Assembly (NCBI GenBank): GCA_000708835.1
Contig: DF236964.1
Span: 361,206 to 425,205, forward strand
DNA from: Klebsormidium nitens
Taxonomy: Eukaryota; Plantae; Klebsormidiophyceae
Direction: 5' to 3'
Length of the DNA: 64,000 nt
Shown here piece by piece: positions 26,301 to 36,261 of this stretch; the first letter of the stretch is position 1; every line of letters begins with the position of its first letter. The translations under genes and the position numbers were made by a program. The notes beneath the pieces were generated by a model. That model did no database searches. It was not told where the DNA came from and saw only the letters and a list, made by a program, of their open reading frames with translations.

Positions 26301-29300
26301 GAGAAACCCGTCACCTTGAGAGGACGTCCCAGCTCAAAGCCAATCGCCTCGGCGGCCGCGGACTTTCCGGAGCCGTGGATTCCCCAGAACAGAGCCGCGG
26401 TGCCGACCCGCTCTTGGGCGAAGCCCCATGAGCCCACCATGACCGCGCGCGCCTTTTCGAAGTTGACGATGGACTCAAGCTGCGAAACGAACAGTACGGT
26501 TGAAGTGAGCGCTCTGCGCATCATTTCAATGAGCGCAACGAAAATGTGACGTTGAACTCGAGCTGCAAGAAGAGACAATGCGTAAGAAACAATGGATTCT
26601 GAGTTGCGAGCACTGAGTCTGCAGGATGTGGGGTAGTGCCGGTTGGACGCAATACCGCCCGTGGGTCGCGAGGGGTATGCAGAAGATGACTGGAAATCGT
26701 GCATTGAGTATCAACTTCTGCAACGACGACTTGCCTCACTGGAGTACTGCGTCCCAGGCCTACTGATGTGCAGTCCTATGATATGCTCTGCAAGCAAGCC
26801 TCTGCGGGCAACACGCATGCATTTGAACGGCAAGCGCAACAAGTTTGTTGCAGGGGTTGCCCAGCCACTGTCCGCTCCCCTGGCAAAGCCCCATTTTAGC
26901 CAGCCGCAGAGCCCAAAGCCGGGGTCAATCGCAAGCTATGCGCGCATCTACGGCTGAAGCAAAGCAATGCCCTTGATCGTCCAATGCCTTTGGGAACACA
27001 AAAACACTTTCCTCTCTTCCGTCACCGTCGCCCAGACCCTTCGAAAACGACCCCGTTGAAAGCGTTAGACGTGAGAGTATTCCCACCTGCTTGCGCATCT
27101 GTGACGAGAGCACTAGGTCGTCCAGTCCGGTCTTGGGCACGACCCGGTGTAGAAAGGCCTTCATTTGGAGGCTGCCCCGCATCTGCATCTGGCAGCCCTC
27201 CACGATGTCGTCCTCCGTCACTTTGGGGTCGTCTGCGCTACGGCTGATCGCGAGGAGAAGCGCGCTCACAAGCGCGTTCTTGATGTAGCCTCCCGTCAGC
27301 TCATATCTGCAACATACAGGAGTTGAACCAGGTATTTGAACAATGAATTTGATATATTTTAGATCCGTTATTTGCCCGTCGTCCGTCACTTTGTGGTCAT
27401 CTGCGCTGCGGCTGATCGCGAGAAGAAGCGAGCTCACGAGGGCGTTCTTGATGTAGCCTCCCGTCAGCTCGTACCTGCAAAGGGAAAAGGTTCGGATGAA
27501 GATCATTCGAGTCAACAGGAAAGCTGTAAAAGTAGGAGTTCTGGTAAAGTGGGTTCGTCTGCACCGCGGCTGATCGCAAGGAGAAGCGCGCTTACGAGCG
27601 CGTTCTTGATGTAGCCTCCCGTCAGCTCGTACCTAAAAACGATAAGAGCCGGATCAGAGAATTGGAGACACAGTGGAGTTGAGAAATGTCTGATTTTCGA
27701 AAAAGAGACTGGGTTCGTCAGTGATGCGGCTGATCGCGAGGAGAAGCGCGCTCACAAGCGCGGTCTTGATGGAGCTTCCTGTCAGCTCGTACCTAAAAAA
27801 GAAAAAGAGCCGGATCAAGAGACTTCGGAACAAAGTAAAGTTGTGAAGAGTAAAATCTCCTGGGGAAGTGGGTTCGTTAGTGACGCGGCTATTGGCAAGA
27901 AGAAGCGCGCTCACGAGCGCGCTCTTGATGTAGCCTGTTGTTAGCTCGTACTGACGACGCAAATGACTCGGAACCTTCGTTTCTCACCTGACGCAACTCT
28001 CTTCCGATCGAGCGCCTCTGCAAGCCGCAGCTTGCACGACGGAGAGCTCCCAGAAAAGTATCCTCTGCGTGTGGTCCGGAACGAGCAACTGACTCTCAAA
28101 GGGCGAGAAACTTACAACGTTGAACCTTCTAAAGTAGACAGCTCACCTCGGCGCATTCTTCTCCAAGTTGAGCGCCTCCGCAAGTGATTGTTTCCAAAAG
28201 GGTAGCTCTCATGTCAAACTTCTCTGCACGTGTGGTCTCATGCCGAGAGACGCAATCGCAGATTTTAAAGCGCAGAATCCCACAACCTAACGTTTCATGA
28301 CTCTGCCATCTCCCCCGAGCGCAATCTTCTCCCAGTCGAGGGCCTCTCCAAGTGGTCTTCTCCGTGAGGAGAGCTTCCAGATCAACCTTCTCTGCAGTAC
28401 TCCTGGTGAGGGAACTCGCTGGGTCTTGAAAGCTTGAGGAGCTTGAAAACGTGACATTGCAAACTCTTTGGAGCCCTCACCTGAGCGCAATCTTCTCCCA
28501 GTCGAGCGCCTCGGCGAGCGGCAGCTTCCGCGACGAGAGCTCTCAGATGAGTCTCCGTAGCGTGTGGTCTGAGTTCTGAGACTCGCCAGCTAGCTCTTAG
28601 ACCCTAGCAAAAAAAATCCCGCAGGAAGCAAACAGTTGAAGTCCTCACCTCAGCGCAATCTTCTCCCAGTCGAGCGCTTCAGCGAGCGGCAGCTTCCGCG
28701 ACGAGAGCTCCCAGATGAGTCTCCGTTGCGTATGGTCCGGGTGGCGGAACTCGCTGACGCACGTGATACGCCGGTGCATGGCTTCGTCGAGGTCCAGCGG
28801 CCGGTTGGTCGCGAGCATGATGATCCCCTCGTGGCGCTCCATCTCGGTCAGCAGGGCGTTTAGCAAGCGGTCCCCGCCCCTCTCACGCTGCAAAGGGGAA
28901 AACGAAACAAGCAGCTTAGAAAGATACTCATCGGTTGGAATGACTCTTATGAAGGTTGAAAGAAGATCCTTTCATAACGCTCCATCTCCGTGAGAAGCGT
29001 TCGAAAGGTAATCTCCGCCCTTCTCACGTTGCACACAAAGGGAAAGAAAAAAGGCCAGAGAGTGAAGCGACGGGGAACAGTGACACAAGAGCTTACAGAT
29101 GCAGATTGTACCGAGAATGATGATGCCTCTGTGGGCGATACAAAACGCAAATTTAATCACGTTGCGTAAAAGTGGATACTTACAATGAGGGCTTCGAAGG
29201 GTTACATCAGGCTGTTATAATGGGTTGGTGAAGGTTCTGCGCTTCAACGTTCCAATATCGCCTTGCTTTAAGCGGCCAGATTTTGGCCATGAGTAAGTCT

Positions 29301-32300
29301 GGCGCCGAATCCAGAAGAGGGAACGCAACTGCAGAGTCTTACTTGTGCAAAGATGGCCTTGCACTTGTCAAACGATATTGACAGCATCATTCATCTTCGC
29401 GTTCTAAAGAGACTTTCAACGTTTGCCAGCGCTTCTTTTACCATCATCTCGATTTATATCGGCGACAAGACGCACGCATCCAGCGGTGAAAGCGAGCAAG
29501 TGACCATGCGCTTTGACTGACCTGTGCAAAAATGGCCTCGCACTCGTCGAAGAAGATGACGGCGTCGTTCATCTCCGCATCCCGGAACAGCCCCCGCAGG
29601 TCCGCGCCCTGGTCCTCCCCCCGGTTGCCCGAGCTGACCGCCGTGCTCAGGCTCTGGAAGTCCACGAGCAGCACACGCTTGCCTGACGTCAGCAGAACAC
29701 GATGACGTCAGCAACGATTTATATCAGCAATAACAATGACGTCAGCAGCGATACTTCCCCCCGATTGCCAGGGTAACCGCCGTACTAGGCTCTGGGAATC
29801 CACCAGCAGCACGCGCCTGCCTGACGTCAGCAAGAAGAGGGTTACGTCAATGGAGGATGATGACAGCAGCGGCGGACATTGCGACGAAGACAGGGAAGCA
29901 GACGGGAGGACGCTTTGCTAATCGGAAAAACAACATGCGAAAGATGAATAAAGTCAGAGAAAAAAGCACCATCGCTGACAAAAAGTTCGACGGACGGGTC
30001 GCTCAAAGGGTCCATCCGAACGACTGGGGTCCGAGGCAGCGAGGGAATCATGTCGCTCTCCGTAAAGGAAAAGAAGATCCAACAGAGGAGGGCCACAAAC
30101 AGCACAATATTGAATCGACAGACAACCAAAGAGGCAAGCGTCTTCAAACTCCGGGTTCCCTGGATTAATGGTGAAGCATTCGCTTTTGAAAGTCGAGGGA
30201 GTGTCATCCAGGTCATCCAAATGGCGCGAGGGCAACGCCCACATAGGCCCATTCACAAAACAACGAGATCTCGATATTCGAAGATTTCGGATAAGTCCAT
30301 ACCTAGATGGTGCGCCACAGCGTTGACGGTCATGGTCTTCCCGGTCCCCGACGCCCCGCAGAGCAGGATCACCAGCCCCGCGCCGTAGTTGATGACGTCC
30401 TCCAGGCCGGCCGTGTGGCGGTACTGCTTGAACTTGGCGTAGTTGTCCACCGTGCGCAGCAGCACCGCTTTCTGCTCTTCTGGTAGCACCACTTGATCCA
30501 TCGAGATCTGCATGTCAAGGTGTTTCAGGTATCAGGTTGTTGATGTTCGGAGTTGCAATTCTAAGACTTTCGAATCGAAGTGAAGGTACTTTCCCAGTAC
30601 TAATTTAACTTGGCGTACCTGTCCACGCAACAACGCTTTCTGCTCCTCGGGTACACCAAAGATCCGATGAATAGTTCATTGACACCAATTCATCCACCAA
30701 GATCCACAATTCATGTCTGGTCACAGCTGGCCTTCTTGAGCGGTTGTTGCAGAATCCGATTGTTTCTAAGCTCGACGCTACTATATTTCGAATAAACTTA
30801 GCGAAATATAAAAACCCACCACATCCGATCGGATGAGACATAGTCTGACCATACGAAGCAAAATTTTAGACACAGACCGAAATTTACTCCCGAACACTTT
30901 TCTAGATTCCCGCACCTTGGGATGGTACAAATGGCTCCCCTCCACTAGTTCGTTCATCTCGGTGTCCAGCCCCACAATCCAGTCGAGCATCCGCCGATCT
31001 AGTTCCACCTGTTGGTCCATCAGATCGCCGCCGTTCCGTGTGTACGGCGGCGGCCGGATCTTGATCAGGGCCTTTGACACCAGGCGGCTGGACTTATAGA
31101 AGTACGGGCGTGCAGAGACTTGGTCTTTGAACGTGTCGAGGAAGACCGTCAGAATGTCCTTGACCTGAAGACGGTAGGAAGGGTGGACAATGAGTGAATA
31201 TCTGAGAGTCTGGAACTCTATCAGCGCCTTTGACACTAAGCAGCTGGACTTTTGACAGTAATGGCGTGCAGAAACTTGGTGCTTGGAAGAGTCGAGAAAG
31301 ACCGTTGGACTGCCCTTCAGAGAACGGAGCGAGTCAAGTTGGTCAGAAAAGCGGTGGGATAAAGCGTCTGAGCGGTCCAATATTTCAGTAGATGGGAGGG
31401 GCCTGCTCAATCCTCCCAAATTGACAGGATCAGACCCTCAGCCCATCCTCCTCAATGAAAGAAGAAAGCGCAAAAAAGGGCAATAGACGAAAAGGACGCC
31501 CGACAGATAAAGGATAAGCAGACCCGAACACAGCAAACCTTGCAGAATCCCTCACCTGCACCGTATCTGCTGTCCTCCGGTAGCTGCTTCCCCCGTCGTC
31601 CGCCTCGTAGATGCTCTTCACGACCGGCGAGATCGCAACACCTGTCAGCATCGTGACCACCCCTTTTTCAAACTCGTCCAACCCCAGCTTCCGGGCTAGC
31701 GCCTCCAGCCGCGGGAGCTCCACCGGGCCGTCCTTAACCTCCCCCTTAACCTCGCCCTTAACCTCGTCCTTAACCTCGTCCTTAACCTCCCCGTCCTTCA
31801 CTGCGTCAGACACTGCCCCAATTTTGTCAGAAGAGGCACCGGCCGCAACCGTTGATGTATCCTGCTCCATCGGAACCGCCGTTTCCGTTCCTTCCACAGG
31901 TGTCTTCGCCTTCGCGTCCCCGCTTTTGTCTTTCTTATCCGCTTTCTTCCCCTTCGCTTCGACTTTCGCACTCGCATCTCCGTTCCCCACCGGAATCTCC
32001 GCATTCGCCTCTGCCTTTCCAGCGTCCCCATCGGCCCCCTTCTCAGTCACCGCGGCCCTGACGTCAGCAGACTCCCCGCCCACGGGCAGGATGACGTCAG
32101 CGGGCGGCTCGCCGCTCTTCTTGAGGGCTTCCTCCGTGACCGCCAAACGCTCGCGCAGCTTGGTCTGCGCAAACTTGAGCTTGGCCTTGAGCTCGCGCGT
32201 GCTGGGCGCCTTGCTGTTCTTGTAGTTGTACCCATCGTACCACCCGCCTGTGAAAGGCAAAAGCATGACGTCAGCGGGGAAGATCATTGGTCTAACAAAT

Positions 32301-35300
32301 TAGGCACATTCGAAAACGGACGATCGAGTTTTTGTGTGCCTGTGGCTTGCTTGAAAGTTGGGTCTGTACGAACCGATCGATTTTGGGCGTTTCTGCAGTC
32401 AACCAGCCGCCTGAAAGCTGACGGATCACCCCACCAGTGAGCCTCTCGCGTTTGCAGTTGCAAGTCGGATCTGATACGAAGACATTCGAAAAGAAACGAT
32501 TGCAACAGTATCCAGAATCGCCGTACATGGCAAACATCCCAAGAGCCGACTTTCAACGAAAAGTCAATTTTCAAGTTGGCGAAATCAAACGAGTTAGTCA
32601 TCTCTGCGGTGGGTCAAGCTGCCACCAGGCCCGTTCAAATCCTCTCAACCCACTTTTGGCTTCTACTAATCCACGATTTCAACCCCTAAGGTGATTTCAA
32701 CGCTTTAACCCACCTGGCGCGTTCCCCGCCTCCTTCAGATCCTCCTGGTGCCGCGCCTTTGACACCCTCATCTGCAGCGCTAGCACCTGAAAACTGTCGT
32801 CCAAATACTCCAGACTATCCTGATACGGCTGCAAATCCGACTTCTCCCCCTTCTCTAACCCGGCCCCTGACCCCTCCTCCCTAACCATCCCGTTCGTTTC
32901 CGGGGGGGTCCGCTTCCCCTCGGCCGCAACCCCCTGCTCCAACGCCCGGAACTCCGCTGCCAGGTCGTCTTCCAAACCCGAGTCCTTCCGCGAGCGTTTC
33001 GTGCCCTTCTTCCTGCCATCGGAAACTCCCACGTTCTCGACTTCGCTTCCGCCGCCCGAGGTTCCGTTCCGTTCCGCTTCGGCCGTTCCGTTCTGGACGT
33101 CCGGCGCCGCGCTTCGAGCGCCGTTCTCGGGCGGAGCAGCCGAATCCATAATGTTTAGCAGTTCCGTCCGGCTGAGCTTCAGGCGCTGCTCCGTCCGGAT
33201 CGGGTTGCCGAGGAGAACGGAGACGGCGTCGTTCACCATTTTCAGGTTCTTTCCGTCGTAGTCCTCCTGACAAACAGAGAGCAACAGAGTTGGTTAAGCA
33301 CTCGGTATCATTGGTCAGTTGCACCCATATGTAGTTCAGAGAACGAAAAGCGGATTGTGCCTTAAGAAGAGATTCAGGGATACGAGACAGGCGAACACTG
33401 GGCGGGTCAAGGAATCTGACTATATAGCACGCAGGTGGCTACCGAAAGGGCATGACAAGTCCACTGGTGCAAGGAGAGGCAGACAAGGATCTCTGGCGTT
33501 AGCCTACTTGGGTCTGAGAGTTTTGCATACTAACAGGTACCGTCCTGCAAAATGCACGCAGCCGCTTCCTACCCAAAAAAGCGAAACAAAACGATCCGTT
33601 CGACTCCGTACAGCCACTCGACGTTTACTCAAGCCTTGGAAATATTTCAAAATTCAATCACCCGCCTCCGCAGTTTCACGGAATAACGTCTTACAGCCGT
33701 TCGACTGTCGAACTACCCGTCTCGCTTTCCCATTGCGTATCCAAGCACTGCTGAATATGTACCAAAGACGTAGCTGACGCAGGGGAAGCAGACTCCGGAC
33801 CATTTCCACGTAAAGCACTCCTTCATCATCTATCGTTCCTGCAAAGAAACTTCCATCGCAAAAGCTTCCTTCATCCGCCAGTGGAGGTGGCAAAGACCCC
33901 CTCACCAATTCCATTTGGCATATGCACCCTCTTGTCGTCCATGAAACGAACCTCCATCTTCAAACAACTTCCTCCAGCCGTTTGAACGTAAGTAAGACTG
34001 GGCTCACCACTTCCTGACGATCCCTTTCACCATATGCATCCTCTTGTCGTCCTTGAAACGATTTCCCTTTCTCGAAACAACTTTCTCCAGCCGTTGTTGA
34101 ACATAAATAAGACTAAACAAGACTTGGCTCGCCACTTCCATGACGGATCCCTCCAGCATTGCACCCTCTTGTCGTCCGTCAAACGAAACGCTTTCTTAGA
34201 AACACTTTCTTCAGCCGCTATGAGTCGTAAATGAGCCCTGCTCACCACTTCCATGACGATCCCCTCCAACATATGCACCCTCTTGTCGTCCAAGAACTCG
34301 TCCATCTCAATCGCCGACAGCCCGCAGAGCAGCATCTCCCAGTCGCGATCCTCCGGCCTCGGCGTGCCCAAACCTAGGCCTAGGATGTTGTTGAAAGCCA
34401 GACTGGAACTCCCTCCCTTGACAAATAAGAGCTGCAAGGCAGGGAACCAAAGTTTTCAGGAGATGAGTTGGAGTTCCATATATGTCTGTGTCATTGTGAG
34501 GGGTTGAGAGGGCTAACGGAAGAAGAATTGGATGACTTTCTGAAATAGATCGGAGCTTCGTCCGTCATGACGAAAGAAGTGGAACTGCTGGTGAGGAGGC
34601 TGCCACTTAGGCGGACAAATGTGGTGCGTAAACCTCTGCTGCTGGCCAAGAGCCACTTGTGATAGCACCTTCAACTGACAAATGAGCCATCCACTCAACC
34701 TGTTTGCCACACCAGGGAATGCCCGTTGTTGGATGCCATGTCATAAACTTTCTAAGAGATTTAAACCCAGCGATTGTCCGAAATATAAAGGGAACGTTAA
34801 GGTGGCCCGCAGAGCAGGTAGTCAAAAACGTTTCAGCGATGCGGTCTCTGCAGAGTGCACTTATGCCCCTTGTTCGAACATATGCCAGTCATCCCCCACA
34901 TCATAGTAGCAGTCTGGACCACAAATGTTTGACAGGCTTTTCTTGGGTGCCAAATGAAGCAGTGTGGAACCACCAACCTTCAGCAGATCCTTCTCCTTTC
35001 CACTCAACGGGTATCGCTCCGAAAGCCGGTACACTAGTGGTTGTTCCGCCTCTGGGGCGTTTTGGAGACGCGCGCAGCCCACCATTTCAACTGCTTTCAA
35101 GAGACGTTCCACAACCTCCAGGTCGTGCTGCCTGCATAGAACCATGAAAGGTGAACCAATCATCTCGACTTGAAACCCACAGCTCTTGTGGCGAGTTTGC
35201 GCTGGCTGCTTATTGCTGCGATATGCCCTGGAATATGAACTTACCGTCCAGGTTGAAGTCTTACAAAAAGGCTTTGGATACTTCAGTCACAACAGGAGCA

Positions 35301-36261
35301 GGTTGAGAAGGACACTAACATGCTCACAGTGAGCAGGCGCTTTCGACCATGAACGGCTGTGAGTGACTTTAATAACAGAGATGGCTAGGATACTCATCTG
35401 TTTGTTCCTTCTAAGAGTGTTTGATTTGAAAGGAGAGTCCTCCAGCGATGACGAACCGCATGGCAAGTCCGCCATTCGCACCATCTCAGCGAGAACTCAA
35501 GAGTGGTTTTTGGAGATTTCTAGGAACCTTGGCAGATGTGAACATGTAAACCCTTGCAGACCACCAGGAAAACCCTTTGCAGAAACATACCTGGCTTCCG
35601 GCAGTGCGCCTGGGTCTTCTGTTGGGGCGCCTCTCGCCACCGCCATCTTCAGCGCCCGGTAGATCTCCGTTTTCTGTGCCCTTAACACAAAAGCGAGCTC
35701 CAGGTGCTTCAGGTAGCTTGCGTTGGTGAACGGTGTCGATGGCAACTTCATTTCTCCCTTGTTAGCCTTAGCCAATTCCTCCAGCTCTAACCGGAACTCC
35801 GAAAGCAGTGCCAAAAGCCCCGGACGTTGGCTCTCGATTTGGGGCAATACCGGCACCCACTCAGAACCCGCAACCGGTCCAAGCGCTCTGCTCGCAAGGA
35901 GCTGAGCGTACTCCCCATCCCCCACATCTGATTCCTTCTCTGACTTAGCACTGGGAGTCTTGCCCAAAGATGCTGCTTCTCCGTTTGCTGCGGGTGGGGT
36001 TTCTCCATTGACCAAGCCCGTTCCGTGCAACCCCGTTGATGTAGCTGGCGCGCCATTCTCGTGCAAATCCTCTTGCTGTAATGGTGCATCGGTTGCGCCA
36101 TCTAGGACAATCTCGAGCTGAGATTCTAGTTTCGCCCGCTTCCTTCCTGATCGTCTCTCAGGAGTCAGCTTGGGGGGGGCCAACGGCGGCTTGGCGCCAG
36201 AGGTAGCAGCATTTGCCAGAGTGCTTCGCTGCACACGTCCGCCACGCCGGTCCGCAACCAT
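23400..36261 (-). CDS. Large tandem (two-module) AAA+ ATPase, ~1360 aa, 15 exons
   Basis: Exons 36261-35591, 35131-34978, 34431-34246, 33266-32714, 32247-31556, 31164-30916, 30507-30303, 29682-29522, 28887-28649, 27306-27087, 26479-26315, 25682-25563, 25174-25049, 24247-24128, 23621-23400; all GT-AG and phase-consistent (4083 nt). D1: GASGTGKT, VIFFDECE, ATNR, AMHRRI. D2: GIHGSGKS, VLVLEDF, IANN, LMRRL. Confidence 0.9.
27307..27955 (-). repeat. Four tandem copies (~160-bp period) of the acceptor + 5' end of AAA exon 10 (YELTGGYIKNALVSALLLAISR)
   Basis: Copies begin after AG at 27474, 27632, 27792 and 27950; functional exon at 27306. Confidence 0.93.
27985..28648 (-). repeat. Four tandem copies (~165-bp period) of the 3' end + donor of AAA exon 9 (LIWELSSRKLPLAEALDWEKIALR)
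   Basis: Junction equivalents at 28481, ~28316, 28147 and 27988; three retain GTGAG donors; functional donor at 28649. Confidence 0.9.
31736..31796 (-). repeat. 12-bp coding tandem repeat (EVK[D/G] x5) in AAA exon 5
   Basis: ttaacctcccccttaacctcgcccttaacctcgtccttaacctcgtccttaacctcc encodes EVKDEVKDEVKGEVKGEVKD. Confidence 0.85.
33898..34245 (-). repeat. Three decayed tandem copies of the 3' end + donor + intron start of AAA exon 3
   Basis: ccctcttgtcgtcc core recurs at ~33927, ~34038 and ~34166 and in the true exon at ~34278; the flanking intron segment aaacaactt(t)ctccagccgt is repeated as well. Confidence 0.88.

Noticed and set aside
27307-27955. Dscam-like mutually exclusive exon cassette
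   Set aside because: The copies have acceptors but no matching donors and cover only the first ~25-30 codons. At most they are alternative 3' splice sites.
31611-32225. 204-aa plus-strand ORF (also 18621-19121, 40346-41235 and 62170-62988)
   Set aside because: Antisense shadows of GC-rich true exons with no independent motifs.
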